This document shows, piece by piece, positions 9,194 through 19,336 of a stretch of DNA of 64,000 nt (within the stretch, counting starts at the first letter, position 1; each line of letters begins with the position of its first letter). The notes under the pieces were generated by a model. The model did no database searches, was not told the DNA's origin, and worked only from the letters and a program-made list of their open reading frames with translations. The stretch comes from Candidatus Eiseniibacteriota bacterium (GTDB lineage Bacteria > Orphanbacterota > Orphanbacteria > Orphanbacterales > Orphanbacteraceae). A program made the translations under genes and the position numbers. The stretch is from the NCBI GenBank assembly GCA_043809585.1, contig JBDROZ010000053.1, forward strand, positions 1-64,000, read 5' to 3'.

Positions 9194-11917
9194 ATGATGC
9201 GATCCTTGACGGGTCGGAACGCGCTCGTCCTGTTCGCGGTTCTCGGCGCGATGATGCTCTCGGCGTATGGCGCCCTCGCCCAAGATCTCGACGGCCCACG
9301 GGTCTACGCCAAGGAGTTCGAGGCGCCCCGGAAGGCCGAGGCGTACCGGAAGCTCTGGGACGCCGCGAAGCAGTCGGCGATTCAGGACGACTTCGACGCG
9401 CTCTACTACGAACTCGACCTCGACCTGAACCCGACCACCGCGACGCTCGCAGGAACGGTTCGGATGGACGCGACGCCGGTCGGCGTTTCGATCACCGAGG
9501 TGGTGCTCGATCTCCTCGACAACATGACGGTGATCGCCGTCCGTGTCGACGGTCTCCCGGCCGCGTTCGGTCATGCCGCCGACCGGGTCACGGTCCAACT
9601 CGGCGCCTCCTATTCGCCGGGGACGGTCTTCACCGTGGAGGTCGACTACGCCGGGACGCCGGACGAGGGATACGGCGCGTTCGGCTTCGACACCTACGAC
9701 GGGGCCCCGATGATCTGGAGCCTCTCCGAGCCTTACGGCGCAAAATCCTGGTGGCCGTGCAAGGACATCGTCGGTGACAAGGCGGACTCGTCGACCATGA
9801 AGGTCACGGTCCCGTCGAACTTGATCGTCGCCTCCAACGGCCTGCTCCTCTCCGCCGACAGCGTCAGCGTGCCGGGCAAAACGACGTACCACTGGTTCGA
9901 GAAGTACCCGATCAGCACCTATCTGATCTCCCTCGCCGCCTACCCGTACACGGTCTACTCGAACTGGTACTACTTCGACGCCGACTCCATGGAGATCCGC
10001 AACTTCGTCTTCCCGGGGAGCGTGGGGGCGGTCTCGGGGCTCACGGCCCAGTGCGCGACCCAGATCGGCTTCTTCGAAACCATCTTCGGCGACTACCCGT
10101 TCCGGGACGAGAAGTACGGCCACGCCGAGTTCCTCTGGGGGGGCGCCATGGAGCACCAGACCTGCTCCTCCATGGGATTCTGGAACGAGTACGTGGTCGC
10201 CCACGAGCTCGCCCACATGTGGTGGGGGGACATGATTTCCCCCGCGGCGTGGGAGCACATTTGGCTGAACGAGGGCTTCGCCACCTACGCGGAAGCGCTA
10301 TGGAGCGAGAACAAATACGGTATGGGCCAGTACCGGCAGGATATGAAGGCGACCCGCTACTACGGGCCGGGCACGATTTACGTGGACGACGTCACCGACC
10401 CGTGGCGGATTCTCGACGGCGATCTCTCCTACAACAAGGCGAACTGGGTCCTTCACATGCTCCGGCGGGTCGTCGGCGACACGAACTTCTTCGAGTGCCT
10501 CCGGCAGTGGCACGACTACGCCCCGGTCCTCTACGGGAACGGGACGACCGAAGACTTCCGGGTGGTGTGCGAGACCGTGAGCGGCATGGACCTCGCGTCG
10601 TTCTTCGAGCAGTGGATCTACAAGGAGTTCTACCCGATCTACGGATTCGAGTGGAGCGCCGCGCCGTCGGGGGGCGGCTACGAGGTGCAGCTCACGATCG
10701 AACAGAAGCAGACCCACTGGCTCTACACGATGCCCATCGACATCTTCATCGACATGGCCCCCCAGGACTCCACCATCGTGGTCCGCGACTCCCTCGCCTC
10801 CCAGAGCTGGACCTTTGAGGTCCCCTTCGAGCCCCTGGACGTCAAATTCGACAAGTTCAACGGCGGTTGGATCCTGAAGGGGTTGCAGGACGCCGTGGTC
10901 GACCCGACCTTCGACCGGGGCATCCTGGTAGTGAACGGCGTGAGTTGGACCAGCTACGGGAGCGAGATCACGAGCGCCTATGAGGACAGCGTCTTCTGGG
11001 GGAGCCTCGACTTCTCCTTCTGGGACTGCTTCGCGGCGCCGGCAAGCTATCCGTCGACGCTGCCCGCGCCCCTCGGTAACGGAACGAAAGTCCCCTCGGA
11101 CACGCTGAAGCAGTTCAGTGCCGTCGTCTGGGTGGGAAACAACTTCGGCGGCGACATCGATCCCTGGATCAACACGGCGATCCAAGACTACCTCGAGGCG
11201 GGGGGCAACGTACTGCTCCTCACCCGGATGGGCCAGGATTTCGTCAGTTCCGGTCTCGCCGACTACCTCGGCATCACCTGGGCGGGGGACGTGGAGAACA
11301 CGCTCACCAACTACGTGGCCCGCCATCCCGACCTGGTGAACCAAGGCTTCATCGGCAGCCAGTCCTTCAACGCCCTTTTCGACACGACCTTCCAGAGCGC
11401 CGAGACGGAGCTGCTCTTCACGTCCCACTCGTCCTCGGGCGTTCTCGGAAGCGGGGCGATGCGCGTCCCCGCCGCCGGCGGCACCCACCGTGCCGACGGC
11501 GCGAAGTTCGCGTTCCTGTCGGGGCGCCCCTACCGGATGAACCACGACCATCTCCGGGCGAATGTGGAGACCATTCTCCGGAACTTCTTCGGCGAGCCTT
11601 TCGACGCCACCGGCGTGGAGGGGGACGCGCCGCCGAAACCGGCGTACGAACTCGCCCAGAACCGGCCGAACCCGTTCAACCCGACGACGACGATTCGGTT
11701 CTCCTTGCCGGCCAAGGAGCGGGTTTCGCTGAACATCTACACCACCTCGGGTCGGCTCGTGAAGACCCTGGTGAACGGCGATCTCGACGCCGGCGCCCAC
11801 GCCGTCATCTGGGACGGCCTGAGCCAGTCGGGCAAGGAGACCGGCTCGGGTGTGTACTTCTACCGGATGGAGGCGGGCGACTTTCGAGAGACGAAGAAGA
11901 TGGTGCTCGTGCGATAG
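9194..11917 (+). CDS. M1 family metallo-aminopeptidase with FlgD-Ig/T9SS-like C-terminal domain
   Basis: GAMEH and HELAH...WLNEGFATY motifs; RBS aaggag before ATG 9194; NRPNPFNPTT tail. Confidence 0.9.
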   Translation: MMRSLTGRNALVLFAVLGAMMLSAYGALAQDLDGPRVYAKEFEAPRKAEAYRKLWDAAKQSAIQDDFDALYYELDLDLNPTTATLAGTVRMDATPVGVSITEVVLDLLDNMTVIAVRVDGLPAAFGHAADRVTVQLGASYSPGTVFTVEVDYAGTPDEGYGAFGFDTYDGAPMIWSLSEPYGAKSWWPCKDIVGDKADSSTMKVTVPSNLIVASNGLLLSADSVSVPGKTTYHWFEKYPISTYLISLAAYPYTVYSNWYYFDADSMEIRNFVFPGSVGAVSGLTAQCATQIGFFETIFGDYPFRDEKYGHAEFLWGGAMEHQTCSSMGFWNEYVVAHELAHMWWGDMISPAAWEHIWLNEGFATYAEALWSENKYGMGQYRQDMKATRYYGPGTIYVDDVTDPWRILDGDLSYNKANWVLHMLRRVVGDTNFFECLRQWHDYAPVLYGNGTTEDFRVVCETVSGMDLASFFEQWIYKEFYPIYGFEWSAAPSGGGYEVQLTIEQKQTHWLYTMPIDIFIDMAPQDSTIVVRDSLASQSWTFEVPFEPLDVKFDKFNGGWILKGLQDAVVDPTFDRGILVVNGVSWTSYGSEITSAYEDSVFWGSLDFSFWDCFAAPASYPSTLPAPLGNGTKVPSDTLKQFSAVVWVGNNFGGDIDPWINTAIQDYLEAGGNVLLLTRMGQDFVSSGLADYLGITWAGDVENTLTNYVARHPDLVNQGFIGSQSFNALFDTTFQSAETELLFTSHSSSGVLGSGAMRVPAAGGTHRADGAKFAFLSGRPYRMNHDHLRANVETILRNFFGEPFDATGVEGDAPPKPAYELAQNRPNPFNPTTTIRFSLPAKERVSLNIYTTSGRLVKTLVNGDLDAGAHAVIWDGLSQSGKETGSGVYFYRMEAGDFRETKKMVLVR

Positions 11918-12017
11918 CATCGCCCCTCGATCATGCATCACCGGCGGGCGGAAACGGGGCGTGACCCTTCCGCCCGCCATTTTTTCCCTCTCCCTCGGAG
12001 GGATCCGGAGCGGGAGG

Positions 12018-12722
12018 ATGAGAAAGCGGGGACATTGGCTCCCGGTCGTCCTGGCGGCGGGCGCCCTCGCGGCTCCGGCGGCCGGGCCGGTGTGGGGGGA
12101 GACGTCCGCCTCGCCCCCCCGCGTCGTGACCATCCTCTGGTCTGTTCCGGACGACCCCGACTGCGCCGGCGTTCTTCTCCGCTACTCGACCGAGGGGGAC
12201 CCCGCGGGACCGGAGGACGGAGCGCCCGCCCCGAACGGCCTGGGGGGGCGGTTCCCGGGCGGGCCCGGCGCCGCGGGCCGGTTCGTCCACGAGGGGCTCC
12301 TGCCGGGGAAGACCTACTACTACGCCGCGTTCGCCTATGACGAAGTCCCGAACTATGCTCCCCCCGCCCGCCTCGCCGTCCCCCCCCCCCCGGCCGAGGA
12401 GGCGCCCGAAGAAAGCCCCCCCGACGCAGTCCCCACCGATCCTCTCTATCTCCGGGTCCGCGAAGGGAGTCCCAATCCGTTCAACGGCACGGTCCTCTTC
12501 ACCTTCGAGATCCGGGACCGGCACGAGGTGCGGGCGGAGATGTACGATTCCGCGGGGCGGCACGTGGCGACCTTGGCGAACGGAACCTTTCCGCCCGGCG
12601 AGCACGACGCGGTGTGGGATGGGCGGGACGAACGGGGCCGCCCGGCGCCGGCGGGGGTCTACTTCGCGCGGATCGACAGCGGGAGGAAGGTGATCACGAA
12701 GAAGGCCGTGCTCGTCCGATAG
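12018..12722 (+). CDS. Secreted FN3-like domain plus FlgD-Ig/T9SS-like domain protein
   Basis: Signal peptide, GLLPGKTYYYAAFAYD FN3 signature, SPNPFNG...WDG...GVYF tail; RBS ggagg. Confidence 0.72.
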   Translation: MRKRGHWLPVVLAAGALAAPAAGPVWGETSASPPRVVTILWSVPDDPDCAGVLLRYSTEGDPAGPEDGAPAPNGLGGRFPGGPGAAGRFVHEGLLPGKTYYYAAFAYDEVPNYAPPARLAVPPPPAEEAPEESPPDAVPTDPLYLRVREGSPNPFNGTVLFTFEIRDRHEVRAEMYDSAGRHVATLANGTFPPGEHDAVWDGRDERGRPAPAGVYFARIDSGRKVITKKAVLVR

Positions 12723-12772
12723 TATCATTTGAACATGCTTGTCTTCCTCAGGGGGGAGCGGGCACTGAAGCG

Positions 12773-13330
12773 TCAAGGGAGTGGATCGGCGAGTTCCGCG
12801 CGAATCACCACCCAGAGGTCATCGTTCTCCGGATCAGGACGGACCACGAGGAACATCTCCTCGTCGAAGGAATCCGTCGTTCTCCCGTCCGTCCCGTCGA
12901 ACACCAGGAGCAGATCGACCGAGACCGAGCTCTTGTACCACTTCTCGCCATCAGGTTTTCCCTCGTACGGCGTGTCGTCGAGAAAGGTCCCCTTCTCGAT
13001 CACGACGAGGTCCCCGTGGGCGAGGGTCCGCCCCCTCTCGTCCGGATGTCCGGTGAGGGCCCTTCCCAGGTAGCGAAGAACGTCCTCCTTGGCGGCCGGG
13101 TCCTCCCCCCCCGCGCCGGGGTAGGCGAACGCCTCGTCGAGAGACTCCTCCAGGCCCGCGCTGTCCCGGGAGGCCACCGCGTAAGGGAGCCACCGGGCGA
13201 CCAGGTTCGACGGAGTCTCCCGGTCCGTATCCGACGGAAGACCCGATCCGGCGGGGTCGTTTGCCGAAGAACATGCGCCCCCGCTCATGGTGAGTAACAG
13301 AAGCCAAAACAACGTGTTGCGTGTCTTCAA
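12773..13330 (-). CDS. Hypothetical lipoprotein
   Basis: Hydrophobic N-terminus with GAC lipobox-like Cys; fits gap between genes. Confidence 0.55.
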   Translation of the reverse strand: MKTRNTLFWLLLLTMSGGACSSANDPAGSGLPSDTDRETPSNLVARWLPYAVASRDSAGLEESLDEAFAYPGAGGEDPAAKEDVLRYLGRALTGHPDERGRTLAHGDLVVIEKGTFLDDTPYEGKPDGEKWYKSSVSVDLLLVFDGTDGRTTDSFDEEMFLVVRPDPENDDLWVVIRAELADPLP

Positions 13331-13397
13331 ACCCGCTCTCCTTTCCCCTGACTGTAGAGTCGTTCCTCCCGCCCGTCAAGGCCGCCTCCCCCCCAAG

Positions 13398-13423
13398 GGA
13401 AACCTTTGCCGTTCCTGCTCGTA
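13398..13423 (+). promoter_or_regulatory. ECF (SigW-like) promoter GGAAAC-N16-CGTA
   Basis: Matches the (T)GAAAC-N16-CGTA consensus, ~55 nt upstream of ATG 13479. Confidence 0.5.
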
Positions 13424-13478
13424 TGAGGGTCATCGGGACCGCCCAAGAAGTCCGGATCCCGAGGCAGGAGGGACCGAG

Positions 13479-14051
13479 ATGAAGAGAATCGGGATTGCGC
13501 TCATCGTCCTCGCCGCCGCGGCGCTTCTCGCCGCGCCCGGAGTGCGGGCGGATGACGGCCACTGGCTGCACGTGTACGTTCAGGAGAAGGGGGACGGGGG
13601 GGACAAGGTCCGCGTCAATCTGCCGTTCTCCCTCATCGAAGCAGTGCTCCCCCTCATCGAGGAAGAGGAATTCAGCGGGGGCAAGGTACGCATCGACCAT
13701 CAGGAGCTCGACTCGGAGGACATCCACGCGATCCTGAAGGCGGTGCGGGAGGCCGAGGAGGGGGAGTACGTTCACGTGGACGGCATCGAAGAGAACGTCC
13801 GGGTCTCGAAGCAGGGCGACTACCTGACCGTGAACGTGGAAGAAGAGAAAGAGGAGGGCGAACCGAACACCGTCCGCGTCCGCATTCCTCTCGTGGTGCT
13901 CGACGCGATGATCTCCGGCGGCGAGGACGAGATCGACGTGCTGGGGGCGATCCGCGCGCTGGCGGAGCACGGCGGCGGTGACTTCGTCCTGGTGAACGAC
14001 GACGAGGACCAGGTCCGGATCTGGATCGACCAGAAGGCCTCCGGGGAGTAG
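13479..14051 (+). CDS. Secreted hypothetical protein with two internal V-x-V-x-(L/I)P repeats
   Basis: RBS aggagg, signal peptide ending VRA, repeats KVRVNLPFSLI and TVRVRIPLVVL. Confidence 0.75.
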   Translation: MKRIGIALIVLAAAALLAAPGVRADDGHWLHVYVQEKGDGGDKVRVNLPFSLIEAVLPLIEEEEFSGGKVRIDHQELDSEDIHAILKAVREAEEGEYVHVDGIEENVRVSKQGDYLTVNVEEEKEEGEPNTVRVRIPLVVLDAMISGGEDEIDVLGAIRALAEHGGGDFVLVNDDEDQVRIWIDQKASGE

Positions 14052-14060
14052 GAGGGGGTC

Positions 14061-14516
14061 ATGACCAGGCGGAACCGAACCATCCTGTGGATCGCGGTCG
14101 CCGTTCTCGCGGCGGTCTCGCTCACGGGGGCGGCGATCGCGACGAGCATCGCCGGGCGGGGGATGATCGAAGTGGAGGTGCGGGAGGCGTGCGGAACGGA
14201 CGTCCGGTTCTCCGTTCCCGTCTCGTTCCTTCTCCTGGCCCTCCCGTTCATGCCCTCCGAAGCGTACGAGGGAATGCCGCCCGAGGCGGTGCGGTACATG
14301 GGAGCCGTTCGTATCGTGGGCGACGAACTCGAAAAGATGCCCGATTTCACGATGGTCGAGGTGGAGTCCCCGGGGCACCGGGTGCTCGTACGGAAGTTGG
14401 GGAAGCGGCTCGTCGTCGATGTCGATGACGGCGGTGACGTGGTGCACGTCTCGATCCCGATCGGTGCGGTCGAACGGGTGGCGAAACGGATCGAGAAGGG
14501 CCGGTTCTTCCTCTGA
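14061..14516 (+). CDS. Membrane-anchored hypothetical protein, distantly similar to the upstream gene
   Basis: RBS aggagg; DVRFSVPVSFL and VVHVSIPIGAV motifs. Confidence 0.7.
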   Translation: MTRRNRTILWIAVAVLAAVSLTGAAIATSIAGRGMIEVEVREACGTDVRFSVPVSFLLLALPFMPSEAYEGMPPEAVRYMGAVRIVGDELEKMPDFTMVEVESPGHRVLVRKLGKRLVVDVDDGGDVVHVSIPIGAVERVAKRIEKGRFFL

Positions 14517-14591
14517 GCATGACGGGGCCGGCGGGTGGGATCCCTCCCGAACCTTGACGGATCGGTCCCAAGCGGCGATGCTCGACGGGGC

Positions 14592-15308
14592 ATGAAGAAA
14601 CCCGCGGGCACGCCCTTGGGATCGAAGCGGGGCACGGGGACCCTCGGCTGTCTCGGCGCGATGGTCGCCGTGAAGCCCGTCGCGGGCGCGACCGGGGGGG
14701 GGCCGCTGCTCTTCGCGATCTACCATCATTTGAAGAGGACCGCCGGGCCCGCCCGCTGGGCGGACGGCAGCCGGGCCCACCAGTTCCCACGGGTTCGTGA
14801 GCACCTCCTCGCGCTCTCAGCGACCCCCGGCCACCCCCGGGACTGGCGCCCGCAGATTCTCGCCCTCTCCAAGGACGATCACCAGCGGGCCCAACTGCTC
14901 CGGTTCGCGTCGTGGATCGACGGCGGGAGCGGCCTGACCTCGGGGGAGGAGATTCGGATCGACGCGGCGCCGGACGAGGGGGACGGGGCCCGAGCCGCCG
15001 ACGCGCGGGCCTCCGCGGGGGACGCCGAACGGGACGCGTCGAAGGCCGAGAGGCGGCTGGAGAAGGAACTCCGGGCGGTGGAGAAGGCGGAGGAGAAGCT
15101 CCGGAAGCTCGAAGAATCCTCTCCGGACGCCGGCGCTTCCCTTTCGGCCGCCCGGGACGAGTTCCGGGACGCCCGGTCCGCGATGAACCAGGCGAGGAGA
15201 AAGGCCGAATCCGCCCGAACCCGGGCCGACAAGCTCGCCGGAGAATCCGGAATCGTGCCCCCGCCCGTCCCCGGGCCCGAGGAGAGAGACCCGGCCGGCG
15301 GAGCATAG
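14592..15308 (+). pseudogene. Remnant of an amino-acid permease/cation-chloride cotransporter-like gene fused to a coiled-coil fragment
   Basis: Contains HPRDWRPQILALS...LLRFASWIDGGSGLT (post-TM region of SLC12-like permeases) but almost no TM helices; abrupt switch to coiled coil. Confidence 0.5.
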
Positions 15309-15452
15309 AAGACCCCCCCGCCCTCTGACCCCCGCCCCGGGGGCGCCTACAGAGCCCATCCCCCTCCGCCGATACTTTGACCGACGACCCCGCGGGCGCC
15401 TCGGGCGACGGCGGGACCATAGAGGAGTCACGGCGGAAAAGGAGATGCGGGC

Positions 15453-17363
15453 GTGGGCCGGATCCAGAAGAAACAGCTTGGGGAAATCCTCGTTGAAGCG
15501 GGCCTGATCGGAGAGCAGGACCTCAAAAAGTATCTCTTCGAGAAACTGACCACCGACATGAGGCTCGGCGAGTTTCTCGTCGAGAAGGGGGTCTGCACCG
15601 AGGAGGACGTGGCCCGGGCCCTTTCCACCCAGCTCGGGTACGAGTACGCCGACCCGAAGGGGATCCACGTCGAGGCGGCGGCGATCTCCGCCATTCCCGA
15701 AAAGCTCGCCCGGAAGCACGAGATGCTCCCGATCCAGATTCACATGCGCGAATTGATGGTGGTGATGGCCGATCCGACGAACGTCGCCGCCGTGGAGGAC
15801 GCCCAGTTCGTCAGCAGCTACGAGATTCGACCCCTCGTCGCTCCCCGGAGCGCGTTGCTGAAGGCGATCGACAAACACTACAGCATCGAGTCCTCGGTGG
15901 AGGAGATCGTCAAGGACATCACCGCCTCGAACGTGGAGGTGCTCGACGATTCGAAGGAGAGCTCCGTCGACCTGAAGGAGGCGCAGAAGCAGAGCCAGGC
16001 GCCTCCCATCATCCGGATGGTGAACCAGATCATCGCCACCGCCGTGGACATGGGCGCCTCCGACATCCACATCGAACCGGCCCGGGAGTCGCTCACCATC
16101 CGCTACCGGATCGACGGGCATCTCCGCAAGGAGCTGGAACTCCCCAAGTGGGTCCAGGGGGCGGTGCTCTCCCGGGCGAAGCTGATGGCCCACATGGACA
16201 TCGCCGAGAAAAGGATTCCCCAGGACGGCCGCTTCGGCGTGCGCATCGGGATCCACCGCCTCGATCTCCGGGCCTCCACGCTCCCGACGAATTTCGGCGA
16301 GAAGATCGTCATGCGCATCCTGGACAGCGAAAGCTCCCAGGTCGGCATCGAGAACCTCGGAATGGAGGAGGAGATGAAGACGAGCTTCCTCTCCATCGTC
16401 TCCCGGCCCCAGGGACTCGTGCTCGTGACCGGCCCGACGGGGAGCGGGAAGACGACGACCCTCTACTCGGCCCTCGGCCACATCAACACGGTGGAAAAGA
16501 ACATCACCACCATCGAGGACCCGATCGAATACGAGCTCGCCGGCGTCAACCAGGTGCAGATCGACGAGAAGGCGGGTCGCAACTTCGCGAACGTCCTCTC
16601 TTCCATCTTGCGGCAAGACCCCGACGTGGTGATGGTCGGCGAGATGCGGGACCTCGAGACGGCGACGATCGCCCTTCAGGCGTCGCTGACGGGGCACCTC
16701 GTCCTCTCGACCCTCCACACCAACTCGACGATCGAGACGATCACCCGGCTCCGCAATCTCGGCCTCCCGTCATACCTGATCGCGTCGGCCGTTCACGGAA
16801 TCCTGGCCCAGCGTCTCGTGCGACGGATCTGCCCGAATTGCCGGGCTCCTGCGGAGCCGGCGCCGGAGAAACTGGTCCGTCTCGGCATCCCCCCGAGCCA
16901 GGCGTCGAAACACCGTTTCTTCGAGGGGGCCGGATGCGAGCAATGCGGCAAGACGGGCTACTCGGGGCGGACCGCGATTCACGAGTTTCTCGTGTTCAGC
17001 CGCCGGATCCGGGAGGCGGTGGCGGGGGAAGGGAACGAGTCGACGATCCGGCAGCTCGCCCTCGCGGAGAAGACGAGAATGCTTCTCGCCGCGGGCCTCG
17101 AGAAACTCGAGGGAGGTTTGACGACCGTGGACGAGCTGCTCCGGGCGATCCAGGTGGACGCCGCCTCGGGCACCGCCTGCCCCAAATGCGCCCAGGTGAT
17201 CAGTCCCGAATTCGTCGCCTGCCCGGCCTGCGGCCATCGCCTGATCCACACCTGCGGCGCCTGCCGCGCCGTGGTCGACCCCGACTGGGCGCACTGCCCC
17301 TACTGCTCCGCGGAGAGAGGGGCCGCCCCCCGGATGGGGGCCGCGACCGTGAGCGTCCGGTAG
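15453..17363 (+). CDS. PilB/GspE-family ATPase with N-terminal MshEN-like domain and C-terminal double zinc ribbon
   Basis: ASDIHIEP, PQDGR, GPTGSGKTTT, TIEDPIEY, LRQDPD, TGHLVLSTLH; RLGEFLVEKG; four C-terminal CxxC. Confidence 0.92.
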   Translation: MGRIQKKQLGEILVEAGLIGEQDLKKYLFEKLTTDMRLGEFLVEKGVCTEEDVARALSTQLGYEYADPKGIHVEAAAISAIPEKLARKHEMLPIQIHMRELMVVMADPTNVAAVEDAQFVSSYEIRPLVAPRSALLKAIDKHYSIESSVEEIVKDITASNVEVLDDSKESSVDLKEAQKQSQAPPIIRMVNQIIATAVDMGASDIHIEPARESLTIRYRIDGHLRKELELPKWVQGAVLSRAKLMAHMDIAEKRIPQDGRFGVRIGIHRLDLRASTLPTNFGEKIVMRILDSESSQVGIENLGMEEEMKTSFLSIVSRPQGLVLVTGPTGSGKTTTLYSALGHINTVEKNITTIEDPIEYELAGVNQVQIDEKAGRNFANVLSSILRQDPDVVMVGEMRDLETATIALQASLTGHLVLSTLHTNSTIETITRLRNLGLPSYLIASAVHGILAQRLVRRICPNCRAPAEPAPEKLVRLGIPPSQASKHRFFEGAGCEQCGKTGYSGRTAIHEFLVFSRRIREAVAGEGNESTIRQLALAEKTRMLLAAGLEKLEGGLTTVDELLRAIQVDAASGTACPKCAQVISPEFVACPACGHRLIHTCGACRAVVDPDWAHCPYCSAERGAAPRMGAATVSVR

Positions 17364-17387
17364 GGCGACCGGCACCCGGCGACCGCG

Positions 17388-17418
17388 ACGCGCCCGGCTC
17401 CGGTCGGGCGCGTTTTTT
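17388..17418 (+). terminator. Intrinsic terminator after the ATPase gene
   Basis: acgcgcccggc-tccg-gtcgggcgcgt followed by a T-run. Confidence 0.7.
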
Positions 17419-17483
17419 CGGGCGCCGGAGACGCACCGGAACTCCCGGGCGCCCCCGAGGGGGAGGGAAGGGGCTGTCCGGAC

Positions 17484-17514
17484 AAAAAAAGGGCGGGGAC
17501 CGGAGCCCCCGCCC
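17484..17514 (-). terminator. Intrinsic terminator after the DUF1579 gene
   Basis: gggcgggg/ccccgccc stem next to A7 (T7 on minus strand). Confidence 0.75.
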
Positions 17515-17535
17515 GTGTATTCGTGGGAGCGCCGC

Positions 17536-18129
17536 CTACGAGCCGGCGCGCGTGTAAACCATCTCCATGGTCCGGGTCTCGGTGCCGTCCGCGGCCACGT
17601 CGTACATCTCCATCACCGCCTCGTCCTTCGAGACGGAGCGGACCACCATCTTGTAGGTCTTCGTTCCGCCGGTCATGATGTCCGGGTAGTGGCCCGTTTC
17701 TGTGATCACCGAGCAGTGGTCGGTGCACGATCCTTCGCTGGTCGTCATCAGCGTTCCCCACGTGTCGATCCAGAAGGAGGTGTGCTTGCCGGAGAGGTTG
17801 TCGAAGCCGGAGATCCCGATACCTTCGAAGGGCATGCCCATCGACATTCCGGAGAATCGCTGATCGAGAAAGCGGCCGCCGAGGACGAGGCGGAACTCGG
17901 CGGTCCCCGTCGTCTCCGCCGGGGGCTCGCCCGGCTTCATCCACATCTTCCCCGTCGCCTTCCAGGTCCCGACCATGTCCTTCATGTGGGCGTGATGAGG
18001 ACCGGGGGCCGCCACCTCCATCCACTTGGCCATCTCCGCATCGTGGTCCTCCCCGGCGAAGGGGGCCGTCCCCGTCACGAGGATCGCCAGCAGGGCGGCG
18101 CAGGTCCCGAACCGAAATGCGTGGTTCAT
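17536..18129 (-). CDS. DUF1579 family exported protein
   Basis: PGPHH..MVGTW...LGGRFL...PFEGIGISGFDN...WIDTWGT pattern; RBS aaggag before ATG 18129. Confidence 0.82.
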   Translation of the reverse strand: MNHAFRFGTCAALLAILVTGTAPFAGEDHDAEMAKWMEVAAPGPHHAHMKDMVGTWKATGKMWMKPGEPPAETTGTAEFRLVLGGRFLDQRFSGMSMGMPFEGIGISGFDNLSGKHTSFWIDTWGTLMTTSEGSCTDHCSVITETGHYPDIMTGGTKTYKMVVRSVSKDEAVMEMYDVAADGTETRTMEMVYTRAGS

Positions 18130-18257
18130 ATTCGTCTCCTTCGGTGATGTTTGCGGGAAAGGGGATCCGGTCTGAATATAGGAAGGAGGAGAGGCCCGCG
18201 CCAGGGGCGTCGGGGGCGCGCGGGGCATGAGCGGGTAACTACTTGCCGGGTTGGTCA

Positions 18258-18638
18258 TTAGCCTGGAAACGGCTGGGCCCGGACCCAGCTTTCGTCGATG
18301 GTGTGGTACACCTCGCCGGTAATCGTGAAGAGTACCGCTTCGGTGATGAAACGAACTTCGTCCACCGGCACGGGGAGGTCGAGTCCGGTGATCCGGCTCC
18401 ACTCGCCGGACACGCCGAGATGCCACGATTCCCCCGCCGGGGTCCACCAGTAGCGGCCGTCCCCGCCGACGATTCCGACGCCGATCGGGTCGTCGCTCAC
18501 CTGGGGCCTCCAATTCGCCCTTCCCGCGTCCGCGCCGGTGCTGAGCGCCACGGCCGCCCCCTCCGCACCGGAGCCCAAGAGATGAAGCACGAGCAGAACC
18601 GCGCCGAGCGCGACGATCTTCACGAATCGGCAGGGCAT
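18258..18638 (-). CDS. Small exported hypothetical protein
   Basis: RBS gggagga, hydrophobic N-terminus; no recognised family. Confidence 0.5.
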   Translation of the reverse strand: MPCRFVKIVALGAVLLVLHLLGSGAEGAAVALSTGADAGRANWRPQVSDDPIGVGIVGGDGRYWWTPAGESWHLGVSGEWSRITGLDLPVPVDEVRFITEAVLFTITGEVYHTIDESWVRAQPFPG

Positions 18639-18899
18639 GGTCCCATCCTCCCTTTTCGCGGAATGGAAATCACGTTCATCGTCTTATCGCCCCCTTCGTC
18701 GAACGCCGGCCCCGGGGGGGAACGAATCGGCCGTCAAGGGGCGCATCGGAGTCGTCGAACCGGGAGGAGGGTCTCACCGTTTGATCCACCACACAAGACG
18801 AACCTGGCCGGATGATCTGACGAAGGAAAGTGGGATCCCCTCCGGCCCCGGGCATGAGCCCTCTCCGGCGCCCCTCTCTCACGCCGCCGGTTCTTCCTC

Positions 18900-19080
18900 T
18901 AGAACCGGTTTCACAACCTCCATTCTACTGCGATCGGCTGCAAGGCCCGGCGGCTGCGTACTCGGGTAAAAACGTCCTCAATGGCCTTCTTAGGCCACCT
19001 CCGGGCGTTTTCCCCCTCGATCCTTGCCGCCGAACCTTTCGCTCGATCTCGCGACGAAGGAGGTTGTGAAACCGATTCTA
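18900..19080. repeat. Palindromic element family R1 copy D
   Basis: IR tagaaccggtttcacaacctcc / ggaggttgtgaaaccgattcta; conserved ctactgcg, tcctc...cctccgg, ctcgcgac. Confidence 0.82.
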
Positions 19081-19336
19081 CGCAGAACCGGACCCCTTTG
19101 TTTTGCGATGGCCGGCGGATCGGGCGAGAGAGAGGGGTCGCCGGACCGGCCCATCCTGTTGGACGGACTCTTCTCCGACACTTTTTGCTTCTCTAATGTA
19201 TAGGAGCCGCGAACTTGATGCGGGTCAAGTCGCGCGGTGCGTTTCCGCTTCGCCTTGTGCCCCAAATATGCTATAGTTTCGAGGGTTACAGCAGTAGCTC
19301 TCTTGCCTTCGCACCCACACCCAAGGAGGTCTACCG

